From a virus, in IMG/VR virus record IMGVR_UViG_3300032236_001583, positions 3,926-67,925 of that record: 64,000 nucleotides of DNA. The stretch is one strand, 5' to 3'. Positions 9,118 through 19,500 of this stretch are shown here, one piece after another (the first letter of the stretch is position 1; each line of letters starts with the position of its first letter). The position numbers were made by a program, and so were the translations under genes. Below the pieces are notes generated by a model. That model was not told the origin of the DNA and did no database searches. It saw only the letters and a list, made by a program, of their open reading frames with translations.

Positions 9118-9250
9118 GAAAGCACAATTAGACGAAATTTTATTTTTAGTAAAACGAGGATTTTCATATAATGATATTCTTTCTATGCCAGTTTACATTA
9201 GAAGATATTATGTTGATTATTTAATTGAATTAGAAAATAATTCTAACTAA
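9089..9250 (+). CDS. gp51-like / chaperone C-terminal extension, probably reached by a +1 frameshift from 8368..9117
   Basis: Open frame between TAG(9086-88) and TAA(9248-50): FFALSTQYRKAQLDEILFLVKRGFSYNDILSMPVYIRRYYVDYLIELENNSN, resembling the gp51/GT-type motif S..DI..MP...R..Y...L. No ATG until codon 33. Confidence 0.7.
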   Translation, partial: NFFALSTQYRKAQLDEILFLVKRGFSYNDILSMPVYIRRYYVDYLIELENNSN

Positions 9251-9264
9251 TCTATTTATATCAT

Positions 9265-11289
9265 ATGGCAAATATTGATTTTGAAACAATTGGTAAAAAT
9301 GCAAAAGCTGATAAACTTGATGAGGCGCAAGCGATAAGTAGAGCTAAAATAGCTAATAGTGGTAAAGATTTGAGTTTATCTGAAATGAATTCTTTTACAA
9401 AAGGTTATATCGGTAAAGGTCTCAAAGATACCACAGGTAATTCTGCGACTGGTGCAGCAAAAAGTATTGGCGGTGGTTTATTGGATTTAGCTAAAGATAG
9501 TAACGCACCTGGTGCTCCTGAATTTGTTGGTTTAGATTCTTATGCTAAAGGTATTACAGGTATTATTAAAGCGGTTAAAACTGGGGACGGTGTTTCAGGA
9601 ATATGGAATGTAATAAAAGGTGTTGCAAATCAAGGTATTGAGTTTCTTAATGAAGAAAAGAATATAAGAAACAAGATTAATGCTGAAATGGGTGTTACCG
9701 GTAAATTAGGTAACGATGTTAGAGATTCAATAATGTTATCTGCACCAGCAGCTTATAAATTAGGATTTGGTGTTAGTCAAGTAACAGAAGAATTTACAAA
9801 ATTAAACGAGACATCAGGTAGGTTTAATTTCATGTCAAAAGAGATTGCTGAAGAATCATTTAAGACTGCTAAAATGATGAATATCTCATTAGCAGATATG
9901 GGTACAACTTATGGTAATTTCGAAAGAATTGGTATGGGTTTTAAAGATACCACAGTTTCACTTAATGAAGCATTTACTAAATCATTAAGAATGGGTTTAA
10001 GTGGTACTCAAACAACAAAAGATGTTAGAGAGAATTTAGGTAAACTTAATGAATATGGTTTCAAGAATGGTGTTCAGGGGTTAGCGGAAATGTCTAGAAT
10101 TGCTAAAATTTTTAGAGCAGATATGAGTGATGCGTTTACTTTAGCAGACAAAGTTATGGACCCAGAAGGTGCAATTGGATTAACAGCTAATTTACAAGCT
10201 TTAGGTGGTGCAATTGGTGAATTTAATGACCCATTCAAGTTAATGTATGATGCAACTAATAATGTTGAAGGATTACAAAAAGCGATAATTGGTGCCGCTA
10301 AAGATTTAGCGACATACAATAAAGAACAAGGTAGATTTGAGGTTACTGGTGCTAATATAAGAAGAGCACAAGAAATGTATAAGATAACTGGTATCTCAGT
10401 TAAAGAATTGACAACGATAGCAATTGCAGGACAAGAAAAAGTTCTTGGTTTACAACAACTTGCAATGTCTTCAATGACAAATATCAAAAAAGAGGATAAA
10501 GATTTCTTATTGAATCTAGCACATATGGAACATGGTGAAATGGTTATCAGTATTCCAGATTCATTAAGAGATAAGTTTGGTAAAATAGCTGAAGATGGTA
10601 CAATTCCAATTAGAAAGCTAACAAATGAAACTAAACTTCAATTGGAAAGATATCAGGATGAATTTAAGAAAATGAATCCGGAAGATATTGCTAGAGGTCA
10701 ATTTACTGCTTTACAAAATATATCTCATGATGTGGCATCAATTACTGCATATGTTAGATCACAAATGGTAAGAAGCGGTGGTGCGGCATTAAAAAATTTA
10801 CCATTAGAAGAAGGATTCCAATACGCTGCTGGTCAGTTAAATTTACAAACATCCAAACTATTAGAAGGAGTTCACAATGGTCTTAAAATGAGCAATGCTG
10901 TTGGTGAAATGACTAAAAAAGCTTTAGATTTTTTAACTGGAGGTAACGTTAGTAAAGCAACAGCATGGATGAAAAAAGCGGAAGATAAATTCTTAGATGA
11001 AGAAAGAGCTAGAGAAAAGAAAAAACAAGCAAAAATATTAGGTCCAACAACTGACACAGATAATGATAGATCGTTAACTGAAGAGGTTATGAATGGGTCT
11101 AGCGTTGATGATAGAGGAACTGCTATGAATACACCATCAGAAAGAACAATTAATGTTAACCAAACAGTTTCATTTAGAGCTTCTGATAGTATTGGTGCTG
11201 AATACGCTAGATTAATGGATAAAAACCATTTACTAAAACAATCATTTACAAATCAAGAGAGTAAAGACTCATATTTGTACGCTGGTTAA
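9265..11289 (+). CDS. Tape measure protein
   Basis: Ala/Gly/Lys-rich, helical 674-aa protein directly after the chaperone; PEGAI...ANLQALGG, DPFKLMY pattern. Confidence 0.75.
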   Translation: MANIDFETIGKNAKADKLDEAQAISRAKIANSGKDLSLSEMNSFTKGYIGKGLKDTTGNSATGAAKSIGGGLLDLAKDSNAPGAPEFVGLDSYAKGITGIIKAVKTGDGVSGIWNVIKGVANQGIEFLNEEKNIRNKINAEMGVTGKLGNDVRDSIMLSAPAAYKLGFGVSQVTEEFTKLNETSGRFNFMSKEIAEESFKTAKMMNISLADMGTTYGNFERIGMGFKDTTVSLNEAFTKSLRMGLSGTQTTKDVRENLGKLNEYGFKNGVQGLAEMSRIAKIFRADMSDAFTLADKVMDPEGAIGLTANLQALGGAIGEFNDPFKLMYDATNNVEGLQKAIIGAAKDLATYNKEQGRFEVTGANIRRAQEMYKITGISVKELTTIAIAGQEKVLGLQQLAMSSMTNIKKEDKDFLLNLAHMEHGEMVISIPDSLRDKFGKIAEDGTIPIRKLTNETKLQLERYQDEFKKMNPEDIARGQFTALQNISHDVASITAYVRSQMVRSGGAALKNLPLEEGFQYAAGQLNLQTSKLLEGVHNGLKMSNAVGEMTKKALDFLTGGNVSKATAWMKKAEDKFLDEERAREKKKQAKILGPTTDTDNDRSLTEEVMNGSSVDDRGTAMNTPSERTINVNQTVSFRASDSIGAEYARLMDKNHLLKQSFTNQESKDSYLYAG

Positions 11290-11347
11290 TTTAATTAAAA
11301 AACACATCAAAATTTTAATTAATCTATTTATAATATAAAAAGGAATA

Positions 11348-14300
11348 ATGCCAAGTTATTTAGATTTTGATTCAACCAAAAAGTTTAGGGACTATATTTT
11401 AGGTAAGACATTACAACAACCTAATGGTCCACAAACATTTACAAGCAACACTTATGGAATTCAGAGTCTAAGTGAGTTTTCTGACAAGAGTTTAGGTAAT
11501 GTTGATACTAATAGAACAACAGATTTATCTGTTCCTCAAACAAGTAACATATATAAACCTGAAGAATATTTCATTAAAGAAAACTTAGAAAACTTACCAA
11601 GAAGAGCAAATTTGGATTTATATCCATATTTTGTATCTGGTGATTACACCCTTTTGAGTATTGTTAACGCAAACAATTTTGATACTGAATCAGAATTATT
11701 TAAGTTTGCTGCTAAGTTTATAAAAAATGACCCTAATGGTCCAGTATATTCTAGAATTGCACAAAATGTTGAAAAAAATACATTAGGTAAAGATAGATTA
11801 TTGGATGCGTTAAATGGTAATACGAATACTGCGATAAATATATTAACAGGTAAGGAGCCATTAATTGAATCAAACTATTCAATTACGGTTGATAACACAT
11901 TAAGTGTTCCTGGTTTAATAACTGACTTTTTATCTTTAACAACTGGAATTGAATATCCAGTTTCGATTATTCCTGGAGATGTTTTAACAAATCCATTAAA
12001 TGTTGATAATAACCCAAGACCAATACCGTCAAGTGAAGGTGGTAAATTATGGCAAGATGTAACAGGTGCATTAGGTTCATTAATTGGTATACAAAGAAGA
12101 CCAACAAATACTAGAAAACCTTCAGACATACTTGTTGAGTACATGGGTCAAGGTCAAAGAAATAGATTATTTGATTTATTATCATATTCCAAATATGCCC
12201 CAAACTATACAACAACAGCAAGATCACAAAACACATCTAAGTTGTTTACATTTGCTGATAATGTTGCACAGGGTGGTAAATCTTTATTAGGTATTGAAGC
12301 ACCAGCTGGTGTTGCATATATTGGTGACGATAGAGGTAACGATGTTTATCATGCAATGAACGATTTTTATGATCGTCCTGTTAGAAGTAGTTATTATCTT
12401 TCTTTCATGTTTGATGAAACTGCTGCGGTTTTATTTCATGATAAAACTAAAAACAAACCAATAAGTGATGGTGGTCCGCTATCAGGTGAACTAACTTGGG
12501 TTAGCACTAACATGATAAATAAAATTGGTGAGAAAAATACATATGCACCAAATGAGTTATCAAAGTTACAGGATTCATTATCAACAAAATACGGTTTTAG
12601 ACAAGATTCAATTTTAGGTCATACACAAGAAATATTAAATTCAATGCCATCAAATGGTGGTGAAGCAAGATCTCACGTTGCAAATGTGATAGATCAAACA
12701 AGTAGAATGTTTATTGATGGCGGTGTTAAGATATCAAGAGGTAATGCTGTAAAGTATGTTAGCAAATATAGTGGAACAGAATTAGGTGTTGAATACGGTA
12801 GAGTTTGGACTAAAGATAGAAGTTACTATAGTTTAGGTGATACAATGCCATTAAACGATGATGAGGTTAATTCTAAGACATATACAAAAACAAACAAACC
12901 ATATAGAAGAGGTAACATTAGACAATATAATGCTAGTGTTTTAGATAATACTTGGAATATTAATATGTATCCAGTATCAAATGGTAATAAAACATTTGAT
13001 GGATCAACAAACATTGTTGAAAGAAATCCAGGTCAAGGTGATTTCTATGCTAAAAAGTATATGTTATCAATAGAGAATTTAGCTTGGAAAACATCAAATA
13101 GATCTGGTTATACAGTAAACGATTTACCAGCTTGTGAAAGAGGGCCTAACGGTGGCCGTATAATGTGGTTCCCGCCATATGACTTGAAAGTTAACGAAAC
13201 TAACTCAGCTCAATGGGAAGATAACAAATTTATAGGTAGACCAGAACCAATATACACATATTCATATACACAAAGAAGTGCGACAGTATCATTTAAGGTT
13301 GTTGTCGATCACCCTAGTATATTGAATTTATTAGTTAGAGATCACTTCAAGAATATGACGGATGAGGAAGCTGATAACTACATCAATGCATATTTTGCAG
13401 GAATAAAAGATATTGATTTTTATTCATTAATACAAACATATGCTACTTTAGATAAAAACGATTTAGACTTAATCACTGCTTATCTTAATTCAGGTGTTAC
13501 AACAAAAGAGATTACAACTAATTTATATACATCAACACCAGTAGTTACAGAAAATAAATCAAATACATCTGGACCTACTGCAAATGCTACTGGCGGTAAT
13601 TTTAGTTTATATTTTGATAATGCAATACCATTAGCTGGTTCTAATGAATTTGATACAACTTTATTATTTTCCGATGCTGCAACAACTTATATATCAAACA
13701 TAAGTAATGTAATAAGTAACATGACGCAATATGTTAATGATGCTGTAACAAATAATACACCAGATAAAGCAATATTATTAAATAATAGTGCATCAACTGA
13801 TACAACACAAATCATATCTAATGTTACAAAAACATTAAATGGTTTTAGTACTACTAAAACGGCATATGATAGTAAAATTTCAGAAATTAAAGATGCGTTA
13901 AATTCTAATAATGTAAAAGATATTAAAATTGACATACAATCATCAGCATCATCGTTAGGTAAAACTTATGCAAACTACACATTATCAATCAGAAGAACAT
14001 TTTCTGTATTGAAAGATATGCTTAAAAAATTATCTAAAAATAATGATTTCACTTATACAATACCACAAGATTTAATTAAAGCTTTCAAGTCTAATTGGAC
14101 TAATAAAGCAAATTTCAATACTCCGTTAGTTAGAACAATTAAGGTGTCTGATTTAGGATATCAAAATCCAGATCCTAACATTAATCCAACTATTACATTT
14201 TCATTATCATCTGTGGGTGAATTAGGTACATCAATACCAAACTCTCCTAGCTGTACAAAAGAATATACTACTAATAATTTACAAATATACGGACCGAGTT

Positions 14301-16180
14301 CAATATATTGTCGTTATAGTCGTGCAGATATTACATATAACTTAATAGAAAACACATCAACAAATAACCCAATTAATAGTACTAGCTCTATTATAAATGT
14401 TAAACCTGTTACTAAAACGATACAAACTGGTAATTTACCAAAACCATCAATTGATGTAATGAAAAGGATAATAATGAAAACATTATCTGAATGTCATTAT
14501 TTCCAAAAAATGGAAGAAACAACACCAGTTGTGTTCAAGTCATTGAAAGAAAAATTGAAATTCTTCCACCCAGGTTTCCATTCAACAACACCAGAAGGAT
14601 TAAACTCACGTTTAACTTTCTTATTACAATGTGTTAGACCAGGTGATACTATGCCAATCAAAGGTATAAATGAAGCATCTGATTTACCAGCTAGAAATAC
14701 AACATTCGGCCCACCGCCAATTTGTGTATTAAGAATTGGTGATTTTTACAATAGTAAAGTTGTTATTAGAGATATTAATATAAACTATGATGAGTCTCCG
14801 TGGGATCTAAATCCAGAAGGAATTGGCATACAACCAATGATTGCAAATGTAACTTTACAACTTTCATTGATTGGTGGACAGGGATTAGAAACTCCAGTTA
14901 ATAAATTACAAAATGCTCTTTCATCTAACTTCTTTGCTAATACTGAAATGTATGATGAAAGATCAGAATCATCACTTGTTAATAGTTTACTTGGTGGTAA
15001 AAACGCAAATGACTTTACTAAAGAATTTTTAGAAAAGATACAAAAAACACCATTTAATAAATTACCTAATTATGTTAAAACACCGGCTAAACCAACTGAA
15101 GGTGTTACAATTGGTAAAAAAGTAACTATCGATGGCGTAGATGGTTTAGATTACACATACTTGGTTGATAGAACATACACATATTTTACCGATTACTACG
15201 CAACATTTGTTAATGCAACAAATATGCTGTATCAAAAATATGGTAAAATAATAAGTACGTTATATCTAGATCCAACATATAGAAAAATAAACAGCTATAG
15301 TGTGTATACTAGTACAACACCAGTAAGCCTTACATTTGTTGGCGAATTAGACCCAACATCTAATTTTACATATGAAGATGCAATAATAGCATTTAAAGCT
15401 GCTATTGAAACTTCAATTAGAACTAATAAACCATCAGCTATTTTTGGATATACAAATTTATTAGGAAACACAACATCTTACGCTGATAATTTAATGATTG
15501 AAACAATGGTTAAATTGGTTAATGATAAAATTGACACAATTAATCAAACAGTAAAAAAAGTATTAGAACCTTTAATTTCAGGTAGAAATAAGATCATTGA
15601 TACATTAGATAGATTAAACTATATAACACACAATTACTTATACGATACTAATTCGGGTACCGCGCAGGATGGTGCTATCATTAGTTTAGAGAAAAAACAA
15701 TATACACAATATTTGATAAGTGGATTTACTAAAGCTGATTTTGTTGCGGAGTATATTGAACCAATAAATTACTTTAAAAATAACGCTCTATTCCCGCTTA
15801 ATTTATTTGACAATTCAGTTGACTTTACTAATCCAGTTATAAATTTAGCGACATTAAATAAAATTTTACCTTACTTAGTTTTAGACATTGATGAAAAAAC
15901 AATGTTTGCTGATTTTGATAATCAAAAAGTTGTAGATGTGGATTTTCAGTCACAAATGAAAGTATTTTATAATGACTATAAATTGTATGCACAGATGCAA
16001 CCAAATTTAGGTTGGGGGTCTGAATATAAAGCACCACAACACACATCAGAAGTTAAACTTCAGTATGGTATATTAGATATGGTACCTCTTACAGATACAA
16101 ACGTACAGACAGAATTACAACAAGTTTTATCAGCTAAAAACACATTAGGAACAACATTAAATTTATATAACCACAGTTAA
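11348..16180 (+). CDS. Large baseplate/tube-initiator protein (contractile-injection-system tube domain) with an OmpA-like insertion
   Basis: WFPPYDLKVNE...W....FIGRPEPIYTY..T.RS..VSF and FGPPPICVLRIGD...VI..INI.Y...PWD...QPMIANVTL are tube-initiator-type motifs; LYFDN...SASS....NYTLSIRR..SV is OmpA-like. Confidence 0.6.
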   Translation: MPSYLDFDSTKKFRDYILGKTLQQPNGPQTFTSNTYGIQSLSEFSDKSLGNVDTNRTTDLSVPQTSNIYKPEEYFIKENLENLPRRANLDLYPYFVSGDYTLLSIVNANNFDTESELFKFAAKFIKNDPNGPVYSRIAQNVEKNTLGKDRLLDALNGNTNTAINILTGKEPLIESNYSITVDNTLSVPGLITDFLSLTTGIEYPVSIIPGDVLTNPLNVDNNPRPIPSSEGGKLWQDVTGALGSLIGIQRRPTNTRKPSDILVEYMGQGQRNRLFDLLSYSKYAPNYTTTARSQNTSKLFTFADNVAQGGKSLLGIEAPAGVAYIGDDRGNDVYHAMNDFYDRPVRSSYYLSFMFDETAAVLFHDKTKNKPISDGGPLSGELTWVSTNMINKIGEKNTYAPNELSKLQDSLSTKYGFRQDSILGHTQEILNSMPSNGGEARSHVANVIDQTSRMFIDGGVKISRGNAVKYVSKYSGTELGVEYGRVWTKDRSYYSLGDTMPLNDDEVNSKTYTKTNKPYRRGNIRQYNASVLDNTWNINMYPVSNGNKTFDGSTNIVERNPGQGDFYAKKYMLSIENLAWKTSNRSGYTVNDLPACERGPNGGRIMWFPPYDLKVNETNSAQWEDNKFIGRPEPIYTYSYTQRSATVSFKVVVDHPSILNLLVRDHFKNMTDEEADNYINAYFAGIKDIDFYSLIQTYATLDKNDLDLITAYLNSGVTTKEITTNLYTSTPVVTENKSNTSGPTANATGGNFSLYFDNAIPLAGSNEFDTTLLFSDAATTYISNISNVISNMTQYVNDAVTNNTPDKAILLNNSASTDTTQIISNVTKTLNGFSTTKTAYDSKISEIKDALNSNNVKDIKIDIQSSASSLGKTYANYTLSIRRTFSVLKDMLKKLSKNNDFTYTIPQDLIKAFKSNWTNKANFNTPLVRTIKVSDLGYQNPDPNINPTITFSLSSVGELGTSIPNSPSCTKEYTTNNLQIYGPSSIYCRYSRADITYNLIENTSTNNPINSTSSIINVKPVTKTIQTGNLPKPSIDVMKRIIMKTLSECHYFQKMEETTPVVFKSLKEKLKFFHPGFHSTTPEGLNSRLTFLLQCVRPGDTMPIKGINEASDLPARNTTFGPPPICVLRIGDFYNSKVVIRDININYDESPWDLNPEGIGIQPMIANVTLQLSLIGGQGLETPVNKLQNALSSNFFANTEMYDERSESSLVNSLLGGKNANDFTKEFLEKIQKTPFNKLPNYVKTPAKPTEGVTIGKKVTIDGVDGLDYTYLVDRTYTYFTDYYATFVNATNMLYQKYGKIISTLYLDPTYRKINSYSVYTSTTPVSLTFVGELDPTSNFTYEDAIIAFKAAIETSIRTNKPSAIFGYTNLLGNTTSYADNLMIETMVKLVNDKIDTINQTVKKVLEPLISGRNKIIDTLDRLNYITHNYLYDTNSGTAQDGAIISLEKKQYTQYLISGFTKADFVAEYIEPINYFKNNALFPLNLFDNSVDFTNPVINLATLNKILPYLVLDIDEKTMFADFDNQKVVDVDFQSQMKVFYNDYKLYAQMQPNLGWGSEYKAPQHTSEVKLQYGILDMVPLTDTNVQTELQQVLSAKNTLGTTLNLYNHS

Positions 16181-16182
16181 AA

Positions 16183-16509
16183 ATGGCGAATCAATATTAC
16201 GATAGATATGAAGAGTTTGTTAGTGATGGTAGTTTTAGAATAGTACCAGGTATTGAAATACCAATTAAATCTACAGACAGATATATTCAATATGTAAAAT
16301 CAAAACATAGAATGGACGTATTATCTCAGGAATATTACGGAAGTCCATTATTTGGATGGTTAATTTTACAAGCTAATCCTTTATTAGGTAGTATTGAATT
16401 TGAAATCCCTGATAATTCATATTTAAGAATACCATTTCCATTACTAACGTCTTTACAAGACTATAAAAATGGTGTAGATTTATATTCAACATATTATGGG
16501 GAACAATGA
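16183..16509 (+). CDS. Baseplate wedge LysM-like protein (gp53/tail X-like)
   Basis: R.D.LSQEYYGSP.FGWLILQANP......IP....LRIP motif. Confidence 0.8.
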   Translation: MANQYYDRYEEFVSDGSFRIVPGIEIPIKSTDRYIQYVKSKHRMDVLSQEYYGSPLFGWLILQANPLLGSIEFEIPDNSYLRIPFPLLTSLQDYKNGVDLYSTYYGEQ

Positions 16510-19500
16510 TATTAACAAAACGGAAAATATATTAGTTAAAGTAGATGACAATAATTTAGTATATATCGATCCGAATAGTGTTCTAAACGGGAACAAAGTG
16601 GAAATGAGAGATGTACCAGCAGAAAACCTGATGGTATATGTTAATTTAGAAGCTGACATTGTACCTAGAACAACTCTTTCACAATCAAATCAACAAGACG
16701 CAACAAAAAAGGTATTGATAGCTGAAACTCAGATGTCAAATAATTCAATGAATTTCATGAAGAATGGGAAAGGTGGTGATTTTGACACTGCATGGACTGA
16801 TGCTTTTTTAGTGAACAATCAATATAAAGACAAGTCTGGAAATGACAGCGGCGTTTTTTACAATACAGATTCTACAGCTCAAAGTTTTGGTATAGATAGT
16901 ATAACAATGAGTGTTAAAGGTTATGCTATTCCACAAGTAACAATTAACTTTACTGATGTTAGAGGTAAAACATTATTTGATTCGCCAAAAAATTCGCCAT
17001 ATAAAATATTATTCCATTTACCTTGGCCGATATTTTATTTGACAGTAAAAGGATATTATGGTAAAGCAATCAAGTATAGATTACATTTAGTTAAATTTAC
17101 AACTAAGTATAATGAAAATAATGGTAATTTTGATATTACATGTACGTTTGTTGGTTCAACATATGCATTTTTAGCTGATATACCAATTGCGGGTGTTATG
17201 AATGCACCATATATGTTTGGTAATGAAATAACAACAGATAATGTAAAAGGCGTAATTACTAAAACAGTAAGAACATCAAAATCATCCAAAGGTTACATAT
17301 ACCTTAAATCTGTTTATGATGAATATAAAAGAAAAGGTTATATTGATCAAAATTTTCCAGTTAAAACATTAAGAGAGGTTGTTATTCTAGCTAAGAATTT
17401 AGATGCGACATTAGAAAGAGAAATATTGAAAGGTGATCTAAGACCAAAAATTTTCAACGGATTAAATGAATTTGGTAATAATTTAACAACATTTAACGAA
17501 GCGTTGAATGGTTGGCAAAATGATTATTTATCTAGCACATATATTAAAAATGCTAAAAGAGGTAATGACATTTATTATAAATTGAAAGAATCTGAACAAA
17601 ACAAAGACATACATTTATTTGGTAAGGATCAATTTTCTTTAGAACAACAATTAGCAACTAATATTGAAAGATTGAACAAATCACAAGTTTTAGTGCAAAC
17701 ATTAAGTGATGTGACATTTGATTCGGGTAAATTTAAGAAAGAAATATTTTCATATCTTAATTCATTTGGTTCCGTAAATCAATATGTGGATAATATTGAC
17801 GGAGTTTACTACGTTAACATTAATGGAATTAGAAATAAGTTACAAAAGATACAAAAAGAGTATGACATTCAATATGACAAGTTTCAGAGTAAGATACAAG
17901 ACTTAATGAATGCCATAATAAAAAACAAATCTAATGGATTTGGATTTGAGCCAACAATTAAAAACATATTTGCGGTAATCTGTGCAAATGCAGATGTTTA
18001 CATAAAGTTATTGAAAGACGTACATACAAAAGCGTTTAGCGTTGGTAAAGAAAGAAAAGAAATTATCAATAAAGGTGGTTTCAGTGATGAAACCCCAAAT
18101 GACGAAAATATATACCCTTGGCCACAGATTAAAATTTTAACCAAAAAGGGGTCACAAAGAGAACTTGTTTATCCTGGTATTAAAAGCTTAAGATCTAAAT
18201 TACAATCAGATAATGCAAGGTTATGGCCAGAAGTTGAGTTTATTGAAGAATACGAAAAAGTGGCTTCTAAAAAAGTAGATAATTTAGCGGATAAGGAAGC
18301 TGGTGCAGATAATGTTAAGTTCACAATTGAGGGAAATAGTGAAAGTAAAAATTCTATTCCAATTTCAACTTTATTGAATATTGGAACAACATCGCCATAT
18401 TATGATAAATCAATGACAAATGTTTTGTATGAGATTTATGAAAGAGGTAATGCTGTTTCATTCTATGATTATTTTGCAAATGACATTTTGGTTGAAATGG
18501 CACAAATTGAATTTGAAAACCTTAAAAATAATTTATCTGAAGATGAAACAATTATTAGCACATTATCTAGTATAACTGGTTTTACAACACAATATAGTGG
18601 ATCTGTTGTGGATCAGACTTTAGAGTCAATGATGATTTACAATTCACCTAGAGATAGATATCCATATTATTTAGATAATATTGACACAACTGATTATATT
18701 AAACAAACTGTTAATAAACCATTTGTAATATCACAAAATGTTGATCCTTTAGAAATACAAGATAAATCATCAAATTATAAAATCTTAAATTCTAGAGTAA
18801 CTAATTATACAACGCCATTATATCGAGATTATATCTATCCGTTCAATTCTGATAAATACTTATCATATCTTGGTCCACAGTATTTCAACAAAAATGGTAA
18901 CACTAAAACATATAAAGTTAACAATTCTGATAATATGTTATTTGGTGTTTTCAAGCTTGATACAAGTGAGAATAGATTTATAACAAGCGCTAAAAATAGT
19001 AGTGCATGGTTTAAGTCAACACAGATATTTGATGGGGTTAATAATTTACAATATGGAAGTGAAAATAGTAATATATTAAACACACCATATTTCCATAATC
19101 AATTATTATACGATTTTAGTAATAATCAATCTAATGGTAGATATGCAGGATCTGCTTATTTGTTATTAAATTCAATTCCATTCCGTGATTTACAAGACAG
19201 AATTAATTTAGGTTCCGACATAAGAATGTCACATTTATTTAAGGAATTGGGTGCAACACATTATGTGCCATATCATTTATTATTAAAATGGGGATCAATA
19301 TATCACAGATATAAAAAGTTTATTAAAGATGGTGTTGACATATTGGGTGGTGTGGTTGATAATAGTAACACAACAATATTACCAGATTATCAAACAATGT
19401 TTGTTGGTTCTGAAACAGATTCTAATAAAACAAATGTTTATATTTCTGGATATGAATTTAACTATTACTCAGGAATAACAACCGTCGGTGTTTATCCATT

